Assembly (NCBI GenBank): GCA_964484935.1
Contig: CAZAFW010000001.1
Location: 69,351 to 133,350, forward strand
Length of the DNA: 64,000 nucleotides
Source: an uncultured Peptostreptococcaceae bacterium
GTDB lineage: Bacteria > Bacillota > Clostridia > Peptostreptococcales > BM714
Reading direction: 5' to 3'
This document shows positions 10,450 to 20,119 of the stretch, in pieces. The notes below the pieces were generated by a model. It searched no databases, was not told where the DNA came from, and was given only the letters and a program-made list of their open reading frames with translations. A program made the position numbers and the translations under genes. How positions within the stretch are numbered: position 1 is the first letter of the stretch; every line of letters starts with the position of its first letter.

Positions 10450-11385
10450 CTACACTCTTTCAGCGATTCTAAGCTTTGCGCTCCTGGCTCTCGGGTTTTT
10501 CCCTATCTCAAATTCAGATGGTACTATGGGTTTCCTTGTAATTATTTTTATTTCCCTTTTCTTTTCGCATTTGCATACTGGCAATTCCGGCGGGCATATG
10601 CAATCTTTTTGCATATATTTAAAAGTGTTTTTAACAATCCTGTCTTCCAATGAATGAAATGTTATTATGCATATCCTTCCTTTTTTGCCCATGCATGAAA
10701 CCGCATCTTTAATCGTTCTTTCTATAATTTCCAATTCATTGTTTACTTCAATCCTTATTGCCTGAAAAGTCCTCTTCGCCGGATGGGGTCCGTCTCTTCT
10801 AGCCTTAGACGGGATGGCCTTCTTTATTATTTGGACTAATTCTCCAGTCGTTCCAATCGGCTTGATTCTTCTTTCATTTTCAATGAACTCAACAATCCTG
10901 GCAGCCCAGTTTTCTTCTCCATATTCCTGTATCACCTTTTTTAGCTTTTCCTTTTCATATGTATTGACCACTTCATATGCTGTCAGCATTTTGGAAGAAT
11001 CCATCCTCATGTCAAGCGGTGCATCCTGCATGTATGAAAACCCTCTGTCCTTGTTGTCCAATTGATATGAAGAAACTCCCAAATCAAGCAATAATCCATT
11101 TATTTTTTCTACTCCATTTCTTTCAAGGATGTTTTTCAAATCATAAAAATTGCCGTGGACGAATTTTATTTTTTCTTTATGTTCAGACAAGCGCACTTTC
11201 GCATGCTCCAAAGCTTCTTTGTCCTGGTCTATGCATATCAGACTGCCCTTATTGTCAAGCATCTTCGCAATTTCGATTGAATGGCCACCGCCCCCGGTCG
11301 TTCCATCGACATAAATGCCACCGCCTACTATTTTCAAACCCTCAATCGATTCTTTCAATAATACCGATTCGTGTGAGAACTCCAT
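10450..11385 (-). CDS. rsmH: 16S rRNA m4C1402 methyltransferase RsmH
   Basis: [54 protein letters not shown]. Confidence 0.98.
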   Translation of the reverse strand: MEFSHESVLLKESIEGLKIVGGGIYVDGTTGGGGHSIEIAKMLDNKGSLICIDQDKEALEHAKVRLSEHKEKIKFVHGNFYDLKNILERNGVEKINGLLLDLGVSSYQLDNKDRGFSYMQDAPLDMRMDSSKMLTAYEVVNTYEKEKLKKVIQEYGEENWAARIVEFIENERRIKPIGTTGELVQIIKKAIPSKARRDGPHPAKRTFQAIRIEVNNELEIIERTIKDAVSCMGKKGRICIITFHSLEDRIVKNTFKYMQKDCICPPELPVCKCEKKREIKIITRKPIVPSEFEIGKNPRARSAKLRIAERV

Positions 11386-11399
11386 TATTGTTGCCCCCT

Positions 11400-11831
11400 T
11401 TAGATTCCCAACAAGGCCATTTTTTCTGCTATATCGTCATAGTCAACATTCTCAGCAGCATTGTATGAATCCCATTGTTCCTTGTCCCAAACTTCTATTC
11501 TTGTTGAAACTCCAATAATTACAACATCTTTTTCCAAATCTCCGTATTGTCTCAATACTGGAGGTATTATTATTCTTCCCTGTTTGTCGAGTTGGCATTC
11601 CGCCGCTCCCGCAAAAAACATCCTGGTAAAAATTCTTGCATCTTTGCTTGCCAGAGGAAGATCTTTAAGTTTTTCCTCGAATTTGGAGAATTCATTTTTG
11701 GGGAAAATAAATAGGCATGAATCGAGTCCCTTTGTTATATAGAAGATTTCTCCAAGGGATTCCCTGAATTTAGACGGGATATTTACTCTGCCTTTTTTGT
11801 CCATCGTATGTTGAAATTCCCCAATAAACAT
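11400..11831 (-). CDS. mraZ: Transcriptional regulator MraZ
   Basis: [29 protein letters not shown]; heads the dcw cluster. Confidence 0.97.
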   Translation of the reverse strand: MFIGEFQHTMDKKGRVNIPSKFRESLGEIFYITKGLDSCLFIFPKNEFSKFEEKLKDLPLASKDARIFTRMFFAGAAECQLDKQGRIIIPPVLRQYGDLEKDVVIIGVSTRIEVWDKEQWDSYNAAENVDYDDIAEKMALLGI

Positions 11832-11839
11832 GTTTTCAC

Positions 11840-11884
11840 CCCATTTTATGGGATTTTACCCCACTTCTATCCACTTTAAACCAT
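11840..11884 (-). promoter_or_regulatory. MraZ-binding direct repeats (RTGG boxes, 10-bp period)
   Basis: Minus strand ATGGT-N5-GTGGA-N5-GTGGG-N5-ATCCC-N5-ATGGG immediately upstream of the mraZ ATG. Confidence 0.8.
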
Positions 11885-11952
11885 GTTTATATAATTCTAT
11901 ACACAAAATAGTATCCCTTCTTTTTTTACAAAAACTTTTGTTTTTTTTTTAT

Positions 11953-11981
11953 AAAAAAAAAGACTCCTAAAATAGGAGTCT
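11953..11981 (-). terminator. Intrinsic terminator after lgt
   Basis: AGACTCCT-N5-AGGAGTCT stem followed by a T8-9 tract on the minus strand. Confidence 0.85.
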
Positions 11982-12018
11982 CCGGCTTTCTGACTTTTGC
12001 GTTCAGTTTTCGTTTATA

Positions 12019-12753
12019 TCAGATTTTTTTCCTGCTTTTGAACAGATAAAAACCTGCTCCGGCGCAAATCATTGCCAGGCTTACAAGCTGTGCAACTCGA
12101 AAATCCCCAAGCATCAAGCTATCCGTTCTAAGCCCTTCAATAAAGAATCTTCCGAATGAATAGAAAATCATATATAGAGCAAACAATTGACCGTCAAATT
12201 TTTTCTTTTTCCTTATTGTCATAAGCAAAAAGAAAATAATAAAGTTCAATAAAGATTCGTAAAGAAATGTGGGATGAACACCAACCCCATTGATTGAAAT
12301 AGCCCACGGCAAATCCGTAGGTCCTCCGTAAGCTTCTTTGTTTATGAAATTGCCCCATCTTCCTATCGCCTGGCCAAGAATAAGACCCGGCGCGCATATG
12401 TCTGCCAGTTTCCAAAATTTTATTTTTTTGAATCTCGAATATACTATGGCTGTTATGGCTCCACCAATAACGGCTCCGTGTATTGCAAGACCGCCTTGTC
12501 TTATGTTTATCATTTTCATTATGTCTCCGCCGTAATATGAAAGATTGAACAATACATAGTAGGCCCTGGCGCTTAAAACGGCAACAGGCACCGCGAAAAT
12601 TATAAAGTCAAGAATGATGTTTTCATCAAGCCCCAGCCTTGCCGACTCTCTAATGGCGATAAAAACACCAAGCACCAATCCTATGCTTATCAGTATTCCA
12701 TACCATCTGATTCCAATCCCAAAAATTTCAAAGGCTATTGGATTCATAATCAT
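12019..12753 (-). CDS. lgt: Prolipoprotein diacylglyceryl transferase
   Basis: IRWYG, ARAYYV, GGLAIHG, QAIGRWGNFIN, HPTFLYES. Confidence 0.97.
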   Translation of the reverse strand: MIMNPIAFEIFGIGIRWYGILISIGLVLGVFIAIRESARLGLDENIILDFIIFAVPVAVLSARAYYVLFNLSYYGGDIMKMINIRQGGLAIHGAVIGGAITAIVYSRFKKIKFWKLADICAPGLILGQAIGRWGNFINKEAYGGPTDLPWAISINGVGVHPTFLYESLLNFIIFFLLMTIRKKKKFDGQLFALYMIFYSFGRFFIEGLRTDSLMLGDFRVAQLVSLAMICAGAGFYLFKSRKKI

Positions 12754-14051
12754 GATACCTCCCCGTTATTCGGATAAACAACACTCAGGGCTGTCTTTCC
12801 TTCAATTCTATACTTCTTCTGCATGAGCGCATAGGTTTCGTAATCAAATTTTTCCAATTCCTTGAAATAATTAAAAAAATCAATCCCCTTATGATATGCA
12901 GAAACATAAGCATTCGCGATATATTCCAATGAATTTAGGTAAATCAGCGATTCACCCTTTAATTTCTTCTTTATTCTGTTAAAATCTTCTCTTTCTGGAT
13001 TTTTAGCCAAAAAATCAACAAACTCTTTTTTTAAAATTTCATACGTTTCTTCCGGTTTTTCACTCTCGCCACCTATAATGATATGTCCATAAGAGGTTCC
13101 ATAATTGTAGTCATAACCAAAATTCTTCCCTATCATTCCAGCTTCATAAAGATCATTATACAAATTTGAACCTTTTCCCAACATGCTGTTTAAAAATATG
13201 TCTACAAAAATTTCCTTTTTTAATATATCGGATTCGATTTCAGAATCCTGATGGCATTTGATTCCCATATAGAAAACCGGACTTGCTATTGAAAACGATT
13301 CTCTGTTTATTTCTTTTGCGATCAAATCCAAATCCTCATGAACAATTCTTTTAATATTTGAATTTCTTTTCTTGAAATCCTCTGTAAGCGCTTTTTCTAT
13401 CGCATCTATTGACTTGAATCTATCTATGTCCCCTATGAGAAAAACAATCATATTTTTGGGGCTGTAGAAAGTCCTATAGCATGTTTCAAGCTTTTCCCTG
13501 TCGATTTCCTTTATGCTTTCCACCGTGCCTGCTATGTCTATATGAACAGGATGCTTCGAATACAAAAGTTTGAGTATATTGATATATGCCTGCCACTCGG
13601 GATTGTCTTCATACATCATTATTTCCTGCTTTATGATTCCCTTTTCCTTTTCTACGCTGTCCTTGTCGATATTCAATGTCTGTACAAAACCAATCAGTGT
13701 CTCAAGGTTTTCATAAAATCGGTCTGTGCAACTGAACAAATAATTAGTGGAGTCATGGCTTGTATAAGCGTTTGATCTGGCTCCGGTTCTTGAAAAAATT
13801 TCAAATATGTCCCCTTTTTCCTCTTCAAAGACTTTGTGTTCCAAAAAATGGGCGATTCCATGAGGCATGTCATTATATTTTCCGTCTGATATGAAACTAT
13901 TGTCTATCGATCCGTAGCGCGTACCGAAAAAAGCATATTTTTTTGAAAAACCTTTTTTTTCCATCACGTGTATTTCCAAGCCTTCTTCAGTTGTATACCT
14001 ATACACCGTTTCGTCCAAATGCGGTATGTCAACCTTGCTTATTTTCTTCAA
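12750..14051 (-). CDS. M16-family zinc peptidase, YmfH-like (catalytic subunit)
   Basis: PHGIAHFLEHKVF (HxxEH), NAYTS, EKEKGIIKQEI. Confidence 0.9.
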   Translation of the reverse strand: MKKISKVDIPHLDETVYRYTTEEGLEIHVMEKKGFSKKYAFFGTRYGSIDNSFISDGKYNDMPHGIAHFLEHKVFEEEKGDIFEIFSRTGARSNAYTSHDSTNYLFSCTDRFYENLETLIGFVQTLNIDKDSVEKEKGIIKQEIMMYEDNPEWQAYINILKLLYSKHPVHIDIAGTVESIKEIDREKLETCYRTFYSPKNMIVFLIGDIDRFKSIDAIEKALTEDFKKRNSNIKRIVHEDLDLIAKEINRESFSIASPVFYMGIKCHQDSEIESDILKKEIFVDIFLNSMLGKGSNLYNDLYEAGMIGKNFGYDYNYGTSYGHIIIGGESEKPEETYEILKKEFVDFLAKNPEREDFNRIKKKLKGESLIYLNSLEYIANAYVSAYHKGIDFFNYFKELEKFDYETYALMQKKYRIEGKTALSVVYPNNGEVS

Positions 14052-15327
14052 TCAACTCACCCTTTTCATCTAAAAAATAGACCGTGTCGAGGAAGATCCC
14101 TTCCGCCGCCTTCACAACCATTTCTTTATCTATTGATTCAAATTGACTGATTATTTCATCCGCTTCCATGTATGAATTTGTCAGTATCCTTGAATAGTAA
14201 TAGTTCATTATCTTGTTCGGCGAATCCTTGATGGAATTTATGGATGAAATTATTGATTTCTTAGCATTTCCCAAATCTTCCTCATCAAAATAGCCTTTTT
14301 TCATTATTTCCACTTGTTCCAAAACAAGATTGACAACTGTGTCCTTCTTGTCAAAATCTATCCCACTCGCAACAAACAATGCTGACTTGAATTTTTCAAC
14401 AGTTGAAAAAATACTGTAACAGAGGCTTTCCTTTTCTCTTATGTTTTGAAAGAGTTTCGAATACGTGCCTCCCCCCAATATCTCGTTAAAAACCAGCAAA
14501 GGTCTATAAAGCGAATCTTCATACGGTATATTTGTACGGAACCCCATAACAAGTTTGCCTTGTGATATATCCATTTTTTCCGTTACATATTTAGGGCTTG
14601 CAGCCGGATAAATATGTTTCTCTCTTGGGGTTGGCTTTGACTTTTGGTTTTTAAACTCAAACGATTCCAATATTTCTCCAGCATAATGATTCCTGTCGTT
14701 TCTTGAAATAATAAATATATCAACCTTGGATGTCATCAAAACATTTTTATAATGGTCGTATAGTGTTTTTCCGTCCAATTCATCCAACATTCTTGCATCC
14801 CCGTCTTCGTTTACAGAAAACGGCTCGCCCTTGTACATTTCCTCAATGCACCTGTCGAATGCATAAGCCATTTTGTTGTTTATTCTGTTTTCAAGCTTAA
14901 GAATCTGATTTTTCTTTTCCTGTTCAAAATAGTTTTCGGAAAAAGAATTTCCATCCCTGAATGGATGGTTGACAATTTCATTGAGCATACTTATGCTTTT
15001 TTCAAAAATACTCTTGTCTTCAATATAATTGCTGTCTGGAAACTGCATTTGAAACTTTATTATCTGTCTTTCCCCGTATTTGCTTATATTCGAAGAGTAT
15101 ACGGCACCGTAGAGATTGTCCAATTCCCTGTAAAGGTCTCGGCTTTTTGGAAAATTTTGGGTACCTCTTTTCATGACTGCGGCAAGCATAGCGTTTTTAG
15201 ATGCTTCTTCATTCGAAAGCGGTCTTTCAAAAAAAATACCAACCGAATCCGTTTTGAATTGTTTGGTTTTCAATGTATATAGATTAATATTCGGACTCAA
15301 TTCATGCACTTCTATCCCTTTGAACAT
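14029..15327 (-). CDS. M16-family peptidase-like protein, YmfF-like (no HxxEH)
   Basis: KQFKT, LYGA, SQGKLVMG, GGGTYSKLFQNIREKESLCY; paired with the YmfH-like gene. Confidence 0.85.
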   Translation of the reverse strand: MFKGIEVHELSPNINLYTLKTKQFKTDSVGIFFERPLSNEEASKNAMLAAVMKRGTQNFPKSRDLYRELDNLYGAVYSSNISKYGERQIIKFQMQFPDSNYIEDKSIFEKSISMLNEIVNHPFRDGNSFSENYFEQEKKNQILKLENRINNKMAYAFDRCIEEMYKGEPFSVNEDGDARMLDELDGKTLYDHYKNVLMTSKVDIFIISRNDRNHYAGEILESFEFKNQKSKPTPREKHIYPAASPKYVTEKMDISQGKLVMGFRTNIPYEDSLYRPLLVFNEILGGGTYSKLFQNIREKESLCYSIFSTVEKFKSALFVASGIDFDKKDTVVNLVLEQVEIMKKGYFDEEDLGNAKKSIISSINSIKDSPNKIMNYYYSRILTNSYMEADEIISQFESIDKEMVVKAAEGIFLDTVYFLDEKGELIEENKQG

Positions 15328-15481
15328 TTCCCCACACCGTCCTATCTTTTTTCACTTGTAAGGCTATCATATAGTATATCATTAAATCAACATGCTCCCG
15401 GACAAATTTACTGTTACGGGTTTATTATTGTTCATTTTTCGTTTATAATCAGATTTGAATACAGACAAAAAGGAGTCTTAT

Positions 15482-16573
15482 ATGAAACTAGGAATTGTGG
15501 GCTTGCCCAATGTTGGAAAAAGCACTTTGTTCAATGCAATCACAAAAGCGGGAGCCGAATCCGCAAATTATCCATTTTGCACAATAGAACCGAATGTAGG
15601 CGTCGTGTCTGTGCCGGATGAAAGGCTTGACCGTCTCACGGAAATGCATAAATCGAAAAAAACAATTCCCGCAACGGTCGAATTCTACGACATAGCCGGT
15701 CTTGTTAAAGGCGCCAGCAAAGGCGAGGGCCTTGGAAACAAATTTCTTTCACATATCCGGGAGGTTGAGGCTATCGTACACGTAGTGAGATGCTTCGAAG
15801 ACCCGAATGTAGTTCATGTAGACGGAACAGTGGACCCTCAAAGGGATATTGATGTAATCAACCTTGAACTGGTTCTATCCGACCTTGAAATGGTTGAAAA
15901 AAGAATGCAGAAACTTCAAAAGACACTCAAGAGCGACAAAAATCAAATCAAAAACATGGAACTGCTCAAGCAAATATATTCAGCACTTGAAGAAGGATTG
16001 CCGGCAAGATCAGTTGACTATGAAGACAGTCTTTCCGATTTCGTCAAGAATCTTTATCTGTTGACGACAAAACCCGTTATATATGTTGCAAATGTATCCG
16101 AAGACGATGCTTTGAATTCCTCCGACAACCCTCTCTACGAAAAAGTCAAAGAAATCGGTTTGAGTGAAAATGCGGAAGTAATAAAGATATCGGCAAAACT
16201 CGAGGCGGAACTTCTTGAATTGGAAGATGATGAAAAGGCTTTGTATATGGAAGAGCTTGGAATGGCTGAAACAGGCTTGCATAAATTGATACAGGCCGGA
16301 TACGCCATTTTAGGACTTATTTCTTTCCTTACTTCCGGAGAACCCGAAACACGCGCATGGACAATTGCAAAAGGCTCAAAAGCCCCGCAAGCCGCAGGAA
16401 AAATCCATACCGATTTTGAAAAAGGCTTTATCCGTGCCGAAGTGGTTTCCTATGATGACCTGCTTGAGGCGGGAAGCCTTCAAGCCGCCAAAGAAAAAGG
16501 CATTCTCCGTCTTGAAGGAAAAGACTATGTTGTAAAAGACGGTGACGTAATCCACTTCAGATTCAACGTGTAA
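15482..16573 (+). CDS. ychF: Redox-regulated ATPase YchF
   Basis: [38 protein letters not shown]. Start set at the ATG after SD AAGGAG. Confidence 0.98.
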   Translation: MKLGIVGLPNVGKSTLFNAITKAGAESANYPFCTIEPNVGVVSVPDERLDRLTEMHKSKKTIPATVEFYDIAGLVKGASKGEGLGNKFLSHIREVEAIVHVVRCFEDPNVVHVDGTVDPQRDIDVINLELVLSDLEMVEKRMQKLQKTLKSDKNQIKNMELLKQIYSALEEGLPARSVDYEDSLSDFVKNLYLLTTKPVIYVANVSEDDALNSSDNPLYEKVKEIGLSENAEVIKISAKLEAELLELEDDEKALYMEELGMAETGLHKLIQAGYAILGLISFLTSGEPETRAWTIAKGSKAPQAAGKIHTDFEKGFIRAEVVSYDDLLEAGSLQAAKEKGILRLEGKDYVVKDGDVIHFRFNV

Positions 16574-16577
16574 TTCT

Positions 16578-16617
16578 AAGAGCCTTCGCGGCAATTTTGC
16601 CACAGAAGGCTCTTTTT
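16578..16617. terminator. Bidirectional terminator between convergent ychF and the ARH-like gene
   Basis: AAGAGCCTTC...GAAGGCTCTT inverted repeat with T tract. Confidence 0.75.
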
Positions 16618-17431
16618 ACAACGGGGCATATTTGTCAAAAGGCAAAATTGCATCATTGTATATTATATTATACAAATCTGTTGTCATTTCAATTTGACCT
16701 TCATACCACAAGTTGCTTCTATCAACAAAATATTTTATGCCTTCATATCCTACAAGCGCGCCAATCATAGCCCCCGTAGGCACGGATGCAAATCTACCGG
16801 CCACGGAATTTGCATATGAACAATCGACTGCAGCTGCCAAATCTTCTCTTTTGCGCAAAACAACCACAATTGAAGCAGCCAGCGCCTTGTAAAATTTTGT
16901 GTCGTCCGAAATGAAATTGACAGTCTTATCCAAGTCCTTTCGGCTCTCATACAAGGCAACAACCAATTTCATAACCTCGGTCAATTCTTCATTGCCCTCA
17001 GTCTCAAAGAACTGTCCCATTGCCCAATTTACAGATTGCTTGAATTTTTCTCCCCTGGTTATTCCTGACAAAATACCAGCCGTCATGGCAAATGAAATTT
17101 TGTCTTTTGAATCTTTTATCCCCCACTTTTCGCAAAGCGACAGCATACGCTGAAATGATGACTCCCTTTCAAAAGACATTCCCAGAACAACAGCCGCACA
17201 CAAGGCATCGAGTTCACTGGCAACATGTCTTTCATCATGCTCGTTTTCAAAGTAATCGATTAATCTCGCTTCACCTTTTATTTTTCCTTGTTGATAAAAT
17301 CTTATGCATGCCCTCATGCTTTTTTCAAAGGACGAGTAAGCTTCATCCAAGGATCCCCCACCTTCTGCGGTTCCAGCCTGTATGCCTGTCAATGCTCCGA
17401 AAAAGCATCCCAGAATGCTATCTTTCATCAT
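16616..17431 (-). CDS. ADP-ribosylglycohydrolase-fold protein, catalytic residues apparently lost
   Basis: KDSILGCFFGALTG resembles the ARH/DraG N-terminal helix; TGAMIGALVGYEGI resembles the C-terminal GxxxGAxxGxxxIP. The TDD and DxD motifs are absent. Confidence 0.6.
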   Translation of the reverse strand: MMKDSILGCFFGALTGIQAGTAEGGGSLDEAYSSFEKSMRACIRFYQQGKIKGEARLIDYFENEHDERHVASELDALCAAVVLGMSFERESSFQRMLSLCEKWGIKDSKDKISFAMTAGILSGITRGEKFKQSVNWAMGQFFETEGNEELTEVMKLVVALYESRKDLDKTVNFISDDTKFYKALAASIVVVLRKREDLAAAVDCSYANSVAGRFASVPTGAMIGALVGYEGIKYFVDRSNLWYEGQIEMTTDLYNIIYNDAILPFDKYAPL

Positions 17432-18080
17432 TTTCACCTGGATCAACGATTTTCACTGATGCGCTTGCGCCTATTCGAGTTGCCCCTGCTTCAACCATTT
17501 TCAAAGCCTTTTCTCTATCCCTTATGCCTCCGGAAGCTTTTATTCCCACTTTATCCCCTACGATTTCTTTAATAATCTTTATATCAGGAATTTTAGCACC
17601 TTCAGTCCCAAAACCCGTTGATGTCTTTACGAAGTCAGCCCCGCTGCCAATAACAAGTTCTGTTGCTTTCCTTATTTCCGACTCATCGAGATAGCATGTT
17701 TCAATTATGACTTTCAACACCCTGTCCTTGCCTGCTGCATACCTAACAGCCTTGAAGTCTTCCTGAACATATGAATATTCGCCATTCTTGAAGGCGCCTA
17801 TATTCATGACCATGTCTATCTCATCGGCACCGTCCGCCATTGCCTTTTCTGTTTCGAAAACCTTCACATCTGTTGGAGTTGAACCCAAAGGAAATCCTAC
17901 TACTGTTGCAATTTTAACTTTTGTCCCTTTAAGCTGGCCGGCGGCCCTCGAAACATAGTAAGGATTGACACATACCGCATAAAATCCATTTTCTACAGCT
18001 TCCCTGCAGAGTTTGTCTATCTCTTCGCCTTTTGCTGAAGCTTTAAGAAGCGTGTGATCCATCATGTCTTTCAATTCCAT
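17418..18080 (-). CDS. deoC: Deoxyribose-phosphate aldolase
   Basis: DHTLLK, TVVGFPLG, EIDMV, LKVIIET, FVKTSTGF, KASGGIR. Confidence 0.97.
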   Translation of the reverse strand: MELKDMMDHTLLKASAKGEEIDKLCREAVENGFYAVCVNPYYVSRAAGQLKGTKVKIATVVGFPLGSTPTDVKVFETEKAMADGADEIDMVMNIGAFKNGEYSYVQEDFKAVRYAAGKDRVLKVIIETCYLDESEIRKATELVIGSGADFVKTSTGFGTEGAKIPDIKIIKEIVGDKVGIKASGGIRDREKALKMVEAGATRIGASASVKIVDPGENDER

Positions 18081-18103
18081 AGCAAACCCTCCTTTATAAT
18101 TCC

Positions 18104-18640
18104 TTACTTGTAGGCATCTTCTTTAAGTATTGCCACATACGGCAAATTACGGTAGCTTTCAGCAAAATCAATCCCATATCCGACTATGAAGGCATCTGGT
18201 ATATTAAATCCTATGTAGTCGATTTCAAGATCAACTTTCCTTCTGTCCGGCTTGTCCAGCAATGTACATATACTAAGGCTTGACGGTTTTCTTTGCATTA
18301 AAATCCTCGTCAAGTATTCAAGCGTAAGCCCTGAATCGATTATATCCTCTACAATCAGTACATCCTTCCCTTCTATGCTGAAATCCAGATCTTTTAAAAT
18401 ACGCACAGTTCCCGAACTTTCAGTTGACATTCCATAACTAGAAACTGCCATGAAATCTATATGCATGGGCAAATCGATTTTTCGTATCAAATCGCTCATA
18501 AAAATATTGGCACCCTTTAAAACCCCTACAACAAACAAATCCTTGCCCTCATAGTCCTTTGTCATTTCTTTGCCAAGCTCGTCTATGCGTTTTTCAAGTT
18601 GTCCCTCCGAAATCAAAATTTCACTTACGTTTTTTCTCAT
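18104..18640 (-). CDS. hpt: Hypoxanthine phosphoribosyltransferase
   Basis: GVLKGA, DFMAVSSYG, VEDIIDSGLT, VGYGIDF. Start set at the ATG after SD GAGGG. Confidence 0.97.
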   Translation of the reverse strand: MRKNVSEILISEGQLEKRIDELGKEMTKDYEGKDLFVVGVLKGANIFMSDLIRKIDLPMHIDFMAVSSYGMSTESSGTVRILKDLDFSIEGKDVLIVEDIIDSGLTLEYLTRILMQRKPSSLSICTLLDKPDRRKVDLEIDYIGFNIPDAFIVGYGIDFAESYRNLPYVAILKEDAYK

Positions 18641-18654
18641 TTCAGCCCTCTCTT

Positions 18655-18924
18655 TCAATCATCATCTTTAATTTCGTAATCAATAACTATGGGATCCTTC
18701 TTTGGTTCTTTCTTGTACCGATCCATCTCAGGCAAAAAATGGCTCCATATGTAGGCCACCAGTATCAAATCATCAATGATTCCAATGCCGTAAATCGGTT
18801 CCGGTATCAAATCCAAAGGAGAAATGACATATATCATCAAAGCCAATAAAAACACCTTTTGCCATTTGCTCACATTCGGATCCTTCATATATTTTATCAA
18901 ATACTTAAAGTTGTTGAATCTCAT
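18655..18924 (-). CDS. YkvA/DUF1232 small membrane protein
   Basis: YVISPLDLIPE.I.GIGIIDD signature. Start at the ATG after GGAGGGGAAGG. Confidence 0.9.
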   Translation of the reverse strand: MRFNNFKYLIKYMKDPNVSKWQKVFLLALMIYVISPLDLIPEPIYGIGIIDDLILVAYIWSHFLPEMDRYKKEPKKDPIVIDYEIKDDD

Positions 18925-19657
18925 TTCCTTCCCCTCCAAAAACTGCCTTGCCCAAAGTTTCCCCAATACTGTCGCGTACAACCATGTCAGCCTTGCCGTC
19001 AAAAGGTGTCTCCTGGCGATTTATCAAAATCATTTTGCCTTTATCGAATTCAGATACCAACCCAGCTGCAGGATAGACTAAAAGCGATGTTCCTCCTACA
19101 ATAAGCAAATCAGCTCTCCTTATGTGCTCGGCGGCAGATTGAAAAAGCGACATGTCCAAAGCCTCCTCGTACAATACAATATCAGGCCTGACTATACCCC
19201 CGCAATCAAGGCAAGTCGGAACCTTGAACTTTCCATCCGCAATATAATCCAAAGAATATGCTTTTCCGCAATTTGTGCAACTGTTCTTTTGTATGGTTCC
19301 ATGCAGCTCCAAAACATTTTTGCTGCCGCCCAATTGATGAAGTCCGTCAATGTTTTGTGTTATAACGGCTGACAGCCTTCCTTCCTCTTCCAATTTGGCC
19401 AAAGCCAAATGCGCCTTGTTAGGCTTGGCATCCCTGAAAAATATTTTTTCTCTGCAAAATTCATAAAAAACATCCGGATGACTTGTGAAAAACGAATGGC
19501 TAAGAATTGTCTCCGGTGAATAGTCTCCGTATTTGCTGCAATACAATCCCTTTTGAGACCTAAAATCCGGAATTTTGCTTTCCGTGGATGTCCCCGCCCC
19601 TCCGAAGAATACTATTTTATTTGATTCTTCAATCCATTTCTTGAGCTGGTTTATCAT
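18905..19657 (-). CDS. cobB: NAD-dependent protein deacylase (Sir2/CobB family)
   Basis: GAGTSTES.IPDFR, TQNIDGLH, ELHG, two CxxC pairs, PDIVLYEE, GTSL.VYPAA. Confidence 0.95.
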   Translation of the reverse strand: MINQLKKWIEESNKIVFFGGAGTSTESKIPDFRSQKGLYCSKYGDYSPETILSHSFFTSHPDVFYEFCREKIFFRDAKPNKAHLALAKLEEEGRLSAVITQNIDGLHQLGGSKNVLELHGTIQKNSCTNCGKAYSLDYIADGKFKVPTCLDCGGIVRPDIVLYEEALDMSLFQSAAEHIRRADLLIVGGTSLLVYPAAGLVSEFDKGKMILINRQETPFDGKADMVVRDSIGETLGKAVFGGEGNEIQQL

Positions 19658-19698
19658 GATTCGCCCCCAATGCTTTTGTCTTCAAAACCATTATACAG

Positions 19699-19734
19699 AA
19701 AAATAAAAATAAAAGCACTCCTGAGAGCGCTTTT
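19699..19734 (-). terminator. Intrinsic terminator after rnpB
   Basis: AAAAGCGCTC-TCAG-GAGTGCTTTT followed by T-rich sequence on the minus strand. Confidence 0.75.
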
Positions 19735-19740
19735 ATGCAA

Positions 19741-20075
19741 CAAGTAAATCGTAAGCCGAGTTCTGTATTTGACAGTCATCTATCTAGGCTCGGCGTCGCC
19801 GCCGTGCTCAAGCGACCTACCGTCGGGACGGCGACGAGCAACCGCCTTTTCATGTCCCTGCTTGGTCTTGCTCCAGATGGGGTTTACAGAGCCGGCAAGT
19901 CGCCTTAGCCGCTGGTGAGCTCTTACCTCACCTTTCCACCCTTGCTATGTTAATAGCGGTTTATTTCTGTTGCACTATCCTTGAAGTTGCCTCCACTGGG
20001 GGTTACCCAGCACCCTGCTCTGCGGAGCTCGGACTTTCCTCATATTTTCATATGCGACCGTCTGACTTACTCATT
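19741..20075 (-). ncRNA. rnpB: RNase P RNA, bacterial type A
   Basis: Minus strand contains GAGGAAAGTCC (CR-I), AGTGCAACAGAAA, GGAAAGGTGAGGTAAGAGC, TAAACCCC...GAGCAAG, TAGATAGATGAC and ACAGAACTCGGCTTAC (CR-V). Confidence 0.97.
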
Positions 20076-20085
20076 CATGAAGATA

Positions 20086-20114
20086 AGAATATCACAAAGA
20101 ACTATTCCTGTCAA
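20086..20114 (-). promoter_or_regulatory. SigA promoter of rnpB
   Basis: TTGACA-17-TATTCT with TG before the -10. Confidence 0.8.
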
Positions 20115-20119
20115 AACTC

